DNA of 63,919 nucleotides, counting the filler, from Reclinomonas americana ATCC 50394 (Eukaryota), in NCBI GenBank assembly GCA_048213135.1. It is 8 parts of 7 records of this genome, joined end to end, with 100 filler letters (N's around TTAATTAATTAA, not from the genome) between each part and the next. Parts side by side here need not be neighbours in the genome. Positions count along the whole stretch, not along the records: positions 47,761 to 54,766 come from PS015774.1; positions 54,867 to 58,665 come from PS015775.1; positions 58,766 to 62,480 come from PS015776.1; 5 more parts are not named here. The stretch is one strand, 5' to 3'. Shown in pieces: positions 48,188-59,805 of the stretch (position 1 is the stretch's first letter; each line of letters opens with the position of its first letter). The translations under genes and the position numbers were made by a program. The notes beneath the pieces are model-generated. The model had not been told where the DNA came from, searched no databases, and saw nothing but the letters and a program-made list of their open reading frames with translations.

Positions 48188-49775
48188 TTAACGCCTCGTG
48201 TCGAGCACTGAGAAACTCGGCACGCCACGCAAAACTGTCACGCGACTCGGATCGCACGGTTCGAACAGCGGCACTGTTGCCTTGTGTTCGTGGAAACTGC
48301 GCATCTCACACACCTGAATCTCGTCCATGCCGCGATCGGTGAGGCGGAAAATGCCACACGACGGCTGCGCGCGCGGTGCCATGACCACCGCAATGGCCTC
48401 GTCGAGAATTGCCTGATACCCAAAATGTGTGTGCATGTCGACGCTCGACAGGAAGGCGTCTTGCGTCGGATGCGTGTGAATCCACCCGAGGGTGATCAAA
48501 TTGAGCCGGTTCTGCACCTCAAACATCTCGTCCTCATTGTGCGCCTCGACCGTGTCCGGCGACCCCGACTGCTCCGGAACAATCAGATGACTGACGTGCA
48601 ATGTGGAGCCCTGCGTGAGCGAGCAGAGTGAGCTCATTCACCAGCGACGATGCTTGGATGGGACACGAACCGGAGCACCGGCGAGGATTCCGCAAAACTC
48701 GACTTTGCGAGCCGTGTGGTCACTGGCCAGCTCCAAAAAGCGCAACAACAGCTCCTCGTCAATGGTAATCGGGCGCAGCCGCGGCTGTGCTGCTGCTGCT
48801 GCTGCTGCGGTGGTGGTGGTGGCACTCGGCGCTCCCGCACCACTCGCCGCTGGAGGTGGTGGTGGTGGTGGTGGTGGCTGCGGCATGGGCGACATTTCTG
48901 ACCAATCAGGCGGTGTGTACGGCGGCGGTGGTCCCAGCGACGACGGAGGCGTCGACGGCAGCACCGGCATGGGCGCTGTCGGCGGCGGCGGCAGACCGAG
49001 TGCACTAAACGACGCCGGTCGATCCCACTCATCATCGTACGCCGGTGGCAGGTTCTTGCCCACAGCAGCCGCCGCCGCGACCGACGGAGCTCCCAGAGGC
49101 GCCGACGGCACCAGCGGCATGTCAAACAAGTCATCCGCGGCCGGCAGCGGCACAATCCCCACACGTTCTGTCACCACTGGAGGTGGCAATGACACTGCTG
49201 CTGCTGCTGCTGCTGCCGAAGCTGCTGCTGCTGCCTGCTGCTCCTCCTCCAATGCTCGTCTTTGCTGCTGCTGCTCGGCCTCGTGTCGCTGCCGCATGAC
49301 CTGCTTCACAGTGTCCGCGTACGCCTCACACTCGTCCATGAAGCGCTCGGCAAACCGACGCGTCTCGTTGACTTGCGATTGCAGCTTCCGATTGCCGGCG
49401 CTGTTGAGTGCCGGGTGCCTCAGAATCACTTGAAAATACAAGCTGTCGCGAAGGCACACAGTGAGCGAGAGACAGTGAGAATGAGCGAGGTAAAGAGACG
49501 CACCACACATATCGCCACAGTGCGACATAGAGATACTCGCGTTTGTTGTCACTGCGGTACTCTTGGATCTGTGGAGTGTGTGAGCAGCTGCGTTGTGTCT
49601 TCAAGCGCGCGTCTGTCTGTGAGACCTTTTCTCGCAAGTTCCTCGCCACATTGAGGTACGTCGACACTGTGCGATTGGTGTCCACTTGTGTGCACAGTGG
49701 CTCCGACTCGGCACGCTCGCGCAAGCCGCGCAGGTACTCTTTCACTTGCGCGTCAAGCCCGCTCTCGTCGCTCAT
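48188..49775 (-). CDS. STAMBP: AMSH/STAMBP K63 deubiquitinase (USP8-dimer/MIT-like N-terminus + JAMM)
   Basis: FLELASDHTARKVEFCGILAG, HLIVPEQSGSPDTVEAHNEDEMF, LGWIHTHPTQDAFLSSVDMHTHFGYQ (JAMM HxH..S..D), EAIAVVMAP, GIFRLTD. Three introns. Confidence 0.93.
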
Positions 49776-50200
49776 CGGAAAGGAAAAAACGTCGCGACGG
49801 GTGAAGATGAAAGTTCGATTTCGGCAGACGTCGACGTTGCGCTTTGTGCCCCCTTCTCGATGGTCGCCAGTGATGTGGAACGAGTGTATTGGGGGTAAGA
49901 GGGTGTCTGCGCTGCTCTGTTGGCGCTGAAAAGCCCTCGTACGCGCGACGTCGACTACAAAATCGCTGATCTTTCAACGTCTCGCGCTTTCATAGTGCCT
50001 GCATGCATGCAGCATGTTGTGCGATACTCCGCGCTGTGTGGCAGAGTGATCTTTGACGTGCCACGCTGGAATCAATGCATCCTGGGACAGTCCCGGTGGC
50101 CTGCGAAACACCCATTGTCCACATTGTTGATCTCGTGCGGACTTGGAGCGCCCGCGTGTTTCCTGTTGTCAGGCGAGAGACAGAGAGAGAAGACATAGAA

Positions 50201-51865
50201 ATGGTGGAAGCTGATACGCGCAAACGCCTCATTCTGAACACTTGTGTGTTGGTGTTCCTCGTGTGGTACTCCCTCTTCAACTTCCGACTCTTCGCCTCCA
50301 CGCTGTTGACACTGCCGTTCATCGCCTTCGCCTTCCTCGACAAGTCCACTGTGCTCTTCCGCCTGCTCATGGACAAGGTGTGTGTGTGTGTGCGTGTGTG
50401 CGTGGAGAAGGGGGGTGACATTGCGTGTGTCCTCGCACTCTCTCACACTCACACACGTGTCTGTGCTATGTAAAGTGCCCGCCTGTGCGTCGCTGGTTCT
50501 GGAAGCGCTGGTACGACTTTTGCGGACGCGCTGCGCAGACCAGTCAGATCCACTTCCTCAACTACGGCTACGATAGCCCCGTGTATGCCAACTTCCCAGT
50601 TGCGACACATGTGTGTGTTGTGTGTGTGGAAAGAGAGAGAGAGAGACTGATGGATGTGAGGATTTACGTACAGTTGGACGGATCGCAAGAGCCCAATCGA
50701 TATTCGATTCAGCTGTACCACTTTACGGCGACCTCGTCGGGCCAGTCGTTGCAGAATTGCGATATCCTCGATGTGGGATGCGGGCGTGGCGGTGGCACCA
50801 GGTCCGCGATTCCTTGCCTCCCATCTCTCTCTCNNNNNNNNNNNNNNNNNNNNNNNNNNNNNNNNNNNNNNNNNNNNNNNNNNNNNNNNNNNNNNNNNNN
50901 NNNNNNNNNNNNNNNNNNNNNNNNNNNNNNNNNNNNNNNNNNNNNNNNNNNNNNNNNNNNNNNNNNNNNNNNTCCTCATGTGTGTGTCATGCGCTGACAC
51001 GCGTGATCCCATTTGGAATCGTCAGTTTCCTGAGCAGCTACCTGAAGCCCAAGTCGATCACCGGACTGGACTTCTCGCAGGAGAACATCGACAAGGCGCG
51101 TGAGGCGTTCCGCACCAACTCGCGTCTGCGCTTCGAGTCTGGCGACGCCGAGAACATGATCAACTTCCAGGACGAGTCTTTCGATGTGGTCGTCAATGTC
51201 GAGTCGTCGCACTGCTACGGCAACTTCCCCAAGTTCCTGTCGGAGGTGCGCCGCGTGCTGCGCCCCGGTGGCTACTTCCTCTTTGTGGATCTGCGCGGAG
51301 AGGACAAGATTGCCGGCTTCCTCGATGCGCTGCAAAAGTCGCGCATGGAGACCGTCAAGACCACGGACATTACGGAGAACGTGCTGCGTGCGCTGGAGCT
51401 GGAGAGCCCGCGCAAGGAGAACTTTGTGGAGACCACCATCCCGCGCTACCTGCGCTTCATCGTGCGGTGNNNNNNNNNNNNNNNNNNNNCGTTGGGAGAT
51501 GCCGAGAAGACACTCTACTCTGTCATGATGTGTTGAGCTCATTCGTTCATGTGTGCAGTGAGTTCATGGCCGTCAAGGGCTCCAACATCTACAACGCCTT
51601 CGCGAAGCGCACTCTGCAGTACCACCACGTGATCCTGCGCAAGGAGGGTCGCAGCGCGGCGGTCGCGAGCGCTGGCTCGGCGTCCTCGTCGTCGCCGGTG
51701 TCGTCCAGGTCACCACCGTCGCCCACGGCCGCCGGTGGCAACGCCGGTACCTTTGTGGCACCGCCCGTGTCCGACACCAATCGTTGCGCGCTCTTGTGTC
51801 TACTCTCGTGCACAGTCTAGTGCCGTCGCTCATTCGTGTGTTATGCAGCCACCACGGTCGAGTAA
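50201..51865 (+). CDS. Class I SAM-dependent methyltransferase (bacterial Fmt/phthiotriol-dimycocerosate MT-like) with N-terminal hydrophobic anchor
   Basis: FLNYGY, NRYSIQLYH, DILDVGCGRGGG (motif I), GDAEN..F.DESFDVVVNVESSHCY, EVRRVLRPGGYFLFVD, DITENVLRAL. Confidence 0.85.
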
Positions 51866-52020
51866 TCGGAACCCCTCATAGTCATTGTTACAAGCGCCCC
51901 GCACACAGCACACCTTCACACATCCACCAAGACACCACATCCTGTTGTGCAGTAAAAAAACGCGGGTGCTCCTCTGCCAGTACGCTATTCCTGTGCATCC
52001 TGTGTACATTTTTCACATTA

Positions 52021-53274
52021 TTACTTCTTTCCGCGCTGCGCCTTGCCCGACGGTCGCAGCAGTGCCGGCATCAGCTTGCCGGTCGGTCGCAGTGCCATGG
52101 GGATCTGGTCGTCACTCAAGCCGCGCACCGACAGCAACCGCGCCGCGCGCTCCAGCGGAGTTCCGCCGCACTGTGGGCGAGAAGAGATGAGCACGCACAT
52201 CATGTGGAGGCACATGTATACACACACACACACACACCTTCAAGTTCCGGCGTGTCAACTCATTCTTCAGTGCCTCGGCACCGTATCGACTCAGCAGCTC
52301 CTCCGGCGTGTCCATATCAAGGTGAATGCCGGCCGTCGGACTGCCCGATGAGCCACTCACGTGACTCTCCTCCTCGCTTGCCGGTGGCGACGGTGCCGAA
52401 GATGCTATCGCTGCCGCAGCAGCCGCAGCCGCAGCGCCCGTGGTGACAGTGGTCGTGGTGGTGGTGGTGGTCGTCGTCGTGCTCGACGACCCTCCATGAC
52501 GGCGGTGACCCTTCTCTTCCTCCTCCTCGTCCTCCTCCTCTGCTACTGCTTCCTCGTCGTCACTATCCACTGCTCCATCCACACCAAGCAGCGCATCGTC
52601 CAGTGCACGCATGTGACGAGAGCGCTTCCGGCGCGGCTTCAGAATCGCATCCAAGTCGCCCTCCGCCACACGCTTCTCGCCACGACGTCCAGCCGCCGCC
52701 GATCGCAGCTCGCGCATGCCAGACTCCAAGCTCTCCACAATCGCCTCGCGGTGCTTCTCAGTTGACTTGCCGTACTCGCGCAGCGCCGATTGCAACTGTG
52801 TGTGACACGAGAGAGTCAATAACCGCCACGACGAAGAGAATGAGAAGGTCTCTCGCTTACCTGACTGCGCTCCTCCGCCATCCGGTTCTCGCGCTCAATC
52901 CACTTGCGATCCTCCGTCACCTTTGTGCGGTTCTCATCCGAGTCGGCCGCCACCGCCGTGCGCACCACCTCCTCCGTGTGCACATGTCGCAGACGACGAC
53001 CCTCCAAATCGCGACACGAGTCAAAGTTGGTCTGTGGAGATGAGAGCAATCGGAAGAGTCAGATGAGAGAGGGAGAGAGGGGAGGGGGAGAGAAAGAGGA
53101 GGAGCTTCATCTCTCACACAGACACTGAGAGAAGAGGAGTAGCATGCGATGATCGCTTCTCCTCTCTCAATCTCTCTTCGCTCACAGAGATAGAAGGGGA
53201 GAAGAGAAAGAGAGAATGGAGAGAAGAGGAGAAGGACGTGTTGATTGCTCTCCGCCCTCTCTCTCCACTCACAA

Positions 53275-53305
<31 letters not shown>

Positions 53306-54166
53306 ATAGAAAGCTTGTGCTGATTGCTTCATCTCTTCTTTCATCTCTCCCTCTTAACTTTCAAAGATAGAAGAAAGAGAAGGGGAGCAGGTTGTGTTCA
53401 CTGAGTCTTCCTCTGTTTCTCACTCTCGCTTTACACTCACGCAGAGCCACAGAAGCGGAGAAGAGAGAAAGCGTGGCCTGTTGATTCATCTCTTCTTTCA
53501 TCTCTCCATCTTCACTAGCAAGGATAGAAGAGGAGAAGGACGCCTTCACTACTTCTTACTCTCTCTCTCCTTCTCTCTGCACTCATTCGAGACAACAGAG
53601 AAGAGTACGTTTGTGCTTCATGTCTTCTTCCTCCCCTTTCCTCTTCTCACCTCTCTCTTCTCTCTTCTCTCCTCTCTCTCTTCCCTCTTCTCTTCTCATC
53701 CCCCTCACTTGTCACTCAGAGTCCCAGTGCACTTCGACCCGACTTTTTTTCACGCAACAGTCTTCTTCTGCCCAACTCGCCGCGGGGCGCCACGCAAAAG
53801 CGCGCCAAAACCACCCTTGCCACCGCACAACGCTCCATCGCGCCACACAAACTCCAAAAACACCGTCACAACAACAACCATCTGCGCCGACATGGCCACC
53901 GCGCGCTTTCTCTCCTCGTGCATCACACGTTCCCAGGTAAGAGGCTGCGACGCTTGCTGCTTCCCATTGATGACAACTGATGCAGTGGTGGACAACACTG
54001 TGCGACCGGCCCAGCGCCACGCCATGTGCTGCGCGGGAATGCCACACGCGCGCTCCACGCGCTGACACACGTGTTGCAACGATGCAGCCTGTTGCTCATT
54101 GTCGAACGCAAGGCATAGTGTGCGTCGTCCTTGCGACACGGGCAATCCGCTCACGATGATCTGCAT
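52021..54166 (-). CDS. SDE2: SDE2 (ubiquitin-fold-activated splicing/replication-stress factor)
   Basis: UBL-like N-terminus, LCGGKGGFGALLR cleavage motif, KKTTNFDSCRDLEGRRLRHV, C-terminal SAP-like GAEALKNELTRRNLKCGGTPLERAARL. Confidence 0.93.
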
Positions 54167-54508
54167 TGTGTGATTGAAATGTCCTGAGAGTGTCATGCAA
54201 GGCAAAGGTCAAGAACCACCTTCGTCCATAACTGCTGAGCGTTCGTCGTAAGCTGGTAGAGAGGGATACGCGTGCAGATCGACGACAATAGCAGGGAGAA
54301 CACTTCAGCTGCAGCATGGATCGCAAAGTTGCTCAATTGCGAAGTTGCAAGCTGAACTGCAGCTGTGTACCGGTGCTTTCCCGCTGCACATCCTTGTGCA
54401 TCGTACACACTTTTGCAATTACACAAAGTACAGAAGAGTTTCCCGAGTGCGAGAACTTCATCACGCGCCCTGCACCATTTGTTCGAAGTCACTTTCCCCA
54501 CTCAAAGC

Positions 54509-54766
54509 ATGAGCGACGCATACGCGCGCTTTGTCGACACGGAGCCAAGCGAGTACCCTCGCGCTGGGCCTCTGCTTGTGCCGCAACCCGCTGCGCCTCT
54601 TGCTGTGGCGGCGGGCGAGGACGACAGGCGGAGTGCATCGTCGGCGGAGAGCTCTCTCTCGCGTCGCGCGTTGTGGATGCGCGAAAAGTGGAGACAGCGT
54701 CTGCCGCCGCCGCCGCCCTCTGTCTTGTGTAGATGCTGCAAAGGGAAGAGACCACGCAGCAGCAGT
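54509..54766 (+). CDS. Possible 5' fragment of an unidentified gene divergent from SDE2
   Basis: ATG followed by a GC-rich open frame running to the scaffold end. No homology recognised. Confidence 0.3.
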
Positions 54767-54901
54767 NNNNNNNNNNNNNNNNNNNNNNNNNNNNNNNNNN
54801 NNNNNNNNNNTTAATTAATTAANNNNNNNNNNNNNNNNNNNNNNNNNNNNNNNNNNNNNNNNNNNNGTCTGTCTCATATGATGGTGATGATTGTGTGGCA
54901 G

Positions 54902-57900
54902 GAGCAACGCGGGAATGCTGAGCTGGAGGAGGCGTTGAATGTGGCGCAGGCGCGTCTGCGGGAGAAGGAGGAGGAGTTGGAGGCGGCGGTGTTCAACGTG
55001 AATCGTCTGGAGAAGCGCGTCACGCAGCTCATGTTTGATGCGGAGGAGGCCACGCGCAAGGCGGCGAGTGGATCGGCGAGTGGTGGTGGCTTGCTTGGCT
55101 GGCTTGGTGGTGGATCGGCGGCGAAGAAGGCGCAGATGGACACGGAGGAGGTGTGTCTCGCTGTGTGTGTGCGTGATCACATTGGTGTCATTTCGTGACC
55201 ACGTGGATGGTGCAGGCTCGCAAGGAGATTGCGGTGCTGCGGGAGGAGCTGGAGAATAAGATCACGGAGAACGAACAGTTGCACATGCGTAACTTTGAGA
55301 TGAAGCAGGATTACGATGCCCGTATTGAGGATGTGTCGAATAACGTGGCAAGGCTCGACGCGCAGTTGAGCGAATTGAAGGAGGAGTTGGCGCGCAAGGT
55401 GTGCAGTGGGATCGTATCGATCAGGAGAGGCAGCAGCAGCTCGTGAGAACGCTCACTTTGTGATGCAGACTGCCGAGGCGCAGGCGGCCAGGGAGACGGC
55501 AGAGGATGAGGCGGAGAGGATGCGAACGCAGCTGTCGGTGCTTGACGAAAGACTGAATGCGCTGCGAGCAAGCGGACGCACTTTCGAGTCGGATGCCGTC
55601 AACGTGCAGCGGCAACTACGGGAGGAGATTGACAGATTACTAGCCTCATTACCGCAGGTGGGGCATTTGATGCGGTTTAAACTGGCGATTGGGAGAGTCT
55701 CCTCACCTCCCTTTGTTTCGCAGCCGTTCGGTAGTCCGGCGGCGGGTGGTGGCGGCAGCAGCAGCAGCAGTGTGACTGGTGTCGGTGGCATGTCATTGTC
55801 TTCGCCGGGCGTGGGGCGCAACGGCATGATGTCATCCGCCGAGAGGTACGTCACTCCACCACCGCGTGTTTTCGGTCGCTGCGTCTCATTGCGGAGCGCA
55901 CAGTCAACAACACTCGCGAGTGCAAGAGGCCACACAGCTCTTCCGTCACATTGTACGACAGCTGTCGCTGCACTATCGCGCCGTGTGCGACTCGATCACT
56001 CGAGCGAGAGCAGACAACGTGACGGTGGTGACCAAGGCCACAGATGCGCTGAATTCGTACATGAAGCTCACCGATGCGGTGCTCGAGGTAAGTCGCCCTG
56101 TAGGCGTTGAATGGAATACGACTGTGTGCTCACCTCTTTGTGTGTTGCAGAAACTCGGACACTGCACACCAGCATCACTGTTGACGTTGGCGCTGCCGGA
56201 GGACGCCTCCATCGCGTTGAAGCGATGGATCGACTTTCACTCGCACGGTGTCGCCCTGCACAGCATCATGCTGCGGAACGAGATCACAGAACAGGAGCGT
56301 GCCAATCTGGAGACGCAGACGCAGAATGTGAAGACACATGTGTGGAATCTGTCGAGCGTGTTTTCCAAGGGTATGGCACACTTTGTCTCTCTCACTTTGC
56401 GGGCTCTGATCGACTGACACTTGGTGTGCACAGGAACGTTCTCCGAACACGGTGCTGTTCTGTGCATGAACATCAAGGGTGCACTGGACGGACTGGCGTC
56501 GCGTCTGGCGCAAATGTTGCGTCTTAAGCATGAGTCCATCGCGATGATGTACCGACCTTACTTCTCCTTGTGTACAGTGCATTTGTGCGCACCGATCCAC
56601 GCATCATCGAGACGCTGCAGTCGTGCTCCACGTACCTGTACCAGCTGCACGAGTTGCTGCGCGAGATTGTCGCCCCGCAATCGTCAATTGTTGCGTTGTG
56701 GTGACGTGCACTTGGCTGCGCAACGATCTTCTTACTGTGTGCGTTGCAGTGGGGCGACGATGACTCGGCATCCGGCGGTAACGACGGGTCAGGTGATCGA
56801 GCTCGGTACGTCGACAACACATTGTGTGTGGTGTGAAGTGTGCCAGAGGCTCACTTGCACGCATGCAGAGGCGGACTGGCATCACATCGCATGGCGGTGC
56901 GAAACTTGAGATTAATTCGGCAGGCGCACACGAGTCTCGAGTCTGTGGTGGTGGGTGTGACCTGAGGAGTCGTCGACGAATGCCAGTTCTAGTTTTTTTC
57001 ACTCACAGTGGCGTCGCTGCAGGAGGAGCATGCGCGTGCCAGAGCCCTTCTGGAGCAACTAGTTCCGCATCACGATGGCAAGGTATGATGCGTGCAAGCA
57101 TGGAGTGTCGCAGTCTTCTTACCCTGCTCACTTTCCATAATGCAGTCACTTGGAGCCACGCTGCCGGATCTCGTGCTTGCAGTGCATGGCGAGTTTGACC
57201 GCGCACAGCAGCAGGTTTGCGTTGTGTCCATGCTGGGAGGTGTGTGTGATGATGCTCACACGCATGCGATGCAGTTGCAAGAGATGCAACGGCGGCGCGA
57301 CCAGCTGCAGGAGGCGATGGATGAGTGCCAGCGAGCACGACGGATCGATCGCGACATGGCACAACGGGATATCTCTGCGCTGCGAAATCTCGTCTCTGGG
57401 TTGGAGCGTGCACAGCGAGCGCCGACCCCCACTGCGTCCTCCGAATCTCTTCCATCGACGCGAGTCACTGCATTGGTCTGTGTGTGTGTGTGTGTGTGCA
57501 CGAGCGAACTGGCCTTTGTAATGTCGACTGACTCTGCCTCCCACAGTCGTCGCGATTCGACGAGGACGACAGCAGCGGCGGCGCGCGTCAGGATGGCGCA
57601 GGTGCAGCGGTGCAGCGGCCATCGGAAGGCGCAGCCGCGGTCTCTCCAGCCGCACCGGCGAATCTTGCTTCATCGGCTGGCGGTGACGTTGTCAGTGGCG
57701 CAGCCTCGGGTTCCTCGTCGTCTCTCTCTGCCGCTGTCGATGCCGTGGACGCCTCGCCAGCATCGGCAGTTACCGAATCGATTGGTTCATTATTGCAGAC
57801 GGGAGCGCGGAGTGCGCCGTCGCCACCAACCGTGGTGCAAGCGAGTGAGTGTCACCGCATGTTGCGCAACTGCTTTCCGTCGCAAGTATTTGCTCACGCG

Positions 57901-58565
57901 GCACTGTGCAGTGGCCGTCTTCGAGTCGAACAATGAGAGCCACGGCACCGACAGTGTGCCGTACCGGTTCTTGAGCAGTCGCCCGCATGGCAGCAAGGGC
58001 CTGGTGCGTTATTGTTGACACTGGCGTGTCGTATCAGATAAACCTCACGCGGTCTGCGCAGTTTTCGAGTATTCCACCCGAGGTGTTGCAGCGCGAGAGA
58101 CAACTGGAAGAATTCTTCCTCACTCGCATCCAACGCTTGGAGAACGAGGTGAGGGGGCGGCGCGTGAGTACAACATGTGCGCCCGTGTGTTCACCTCCTT
58201 CTTTATTTTGCAGCTTCGCGTGGCCGACCGCAAAGCTGTCGATTACCACGTCGACTACCAACGCGTGCAGATGAAGCACGACAAGTTCGTGGAGGAGAAG
58301 GAGGCCACCGAGTTGCAGCTCGCACAAACCGAGCAGCACCTCAACGAAGTCTCTGTTGCGTCGCGCGCGCAATGACACCGAAACAAAAAGAAACTGATCG
58401 CATCGCATCGTGCGCTCGCAGGATGAACTGGAGACCACTCGCCGCAACTACGAATCGCAACTATCGGCGCTCTCGGACCTGCTCTGCGAGGCCAACGAAC
58501 GAGTCAACGAACTCGAGCAAGAGCTTCGTCGTCTACGTCGAACGTCGGGCGGCAACGTTCAATGA
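54902..58565 (+). CDS. PPP1R21: PPP1R21 (KLRAQ1/FERRY Fy-2)-like coiled-coil protein, 5' partial, ~17 introns
   Basis: N-terminal LEAAVFNVNRLEKRVTQL...LREELENKITENEQLH and C-terminal RERQLEEFFLTRIQRLENELRVADRKAVDYH...DELETTRRNYESQLSALSDLLCEAN resemble the two conserved PPP1R21 coiled-coil regions as I recall them. Confidence 0.78.
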
Positions 58566-58765
58566 AAGGTCAACGTCCTGTGCTCCTTTGGCAGGTGCAC
58601 CAATCAAAAGACAGGGGGGAGACGGAAGGCACAGACATCCCCCGTCCTCCTTCTCTCTCTTTGTCNNNNNNNNNNNNNNNNNNNNNNNNNNNNNNNNNNN
58701 NNNNNNNNNTTAATTAATTAANNNNNNNNNNNNNNNNNNNNNNNNNNNNNNNNNNNNNNNNNNNN

Positions 58766-59477
58766 CTGTATGAGATTGGGAATGTGATCGCCAATGCCAG
58801 TCGATTGTCGTTGATTGCCGAGGTACCGCCATTAAACCCGGAGAGCGAGTGGTGAGCGAGCCTCTACTAAGCAGGAGGACGTGTTGTTGCTGGCTCACGC
58901 ATGCAATGTGCAGGGCCGATCGTGCGACGTTCATTGTGGACAAGTACTGTCCGGAAAGCACTCGAGAGGCTCTGAAGAAGCGCTTGCTGCGCGCGTCGCT
59001 CTCCAGGTCTGCGTCCTCTCCTGCCTCGTGCCCGAGCTATTCTCGTGCTCACTTTCTTTCATATGTGTTGCATCAGCGAGCATCTGAAATCAATAGGGCG
59101 CTTCGACACGCTGGCCAACGTGCGGATAATAGCGCTGACGGGCGTGCCGCGTGAGAACCTCACCAAGCCGCACCTGTTGCGTGTCTTCCGGCCAAGCGGG
59201 CAGTCGCGAGAGACGAGACCAGTGGTGCCGACGGCCGACGGAGTGGTCACGTGGGAGGAGTACGTGGTGTTGGGCGTGCTTGGCGTCGACAGTCCCCTGC
59301 ATGCGTATTTGTATGTGGAGGATGTGTCGGAGAGGTTGGTGTTGTTAGTCAAGGACATCGTGTGTTTTGTGGGTGAAACTTTCCTAACTATTTCTTGCAC
59401 AGTTCGTCGTCACTAACAGTCGCCACGGCCGTGCTGTCACTGCAAAGATTACGGCCGGGTCGAGTAGAACCAGTTAA
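58766..59477 (+). CDS. 3' part of an unidentified spliced gene
   Basis: Coding-like exons separated by GT-AG introns (~58852, ~59007, ~59334). No family recognised. Confidence 0.4.
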
Positions 59478-59805
59478 TGTTGCGTCTTCCTCCATCGTCC
59501 CTTCTTCTCCCTCTGTTGCGCTCACCCACTCGAGCAGTTAAGTTTTGCCGATTCGGCCTTTGCGAGCTCCAGTCGAGGAGCGACGTACGGGCGCGCATCG
59601 CTCTCCCTCACCGTCACTCTGGAGATGTTTGGCAGTCCGTGAATGTGTGAGCGAGAAAAAGAGATCTTTATCGGGTGGGAAATATGTTTTGCATGGGCGA
59701 AGAGAAAAAGAAGATGGAATGAACATTGAAAATATGTAATGTGCGTCGCACACGACGCGCGCATGTAACCGTGACACATGGAAGACGAGATCAGCTATTA
59801 GCACC

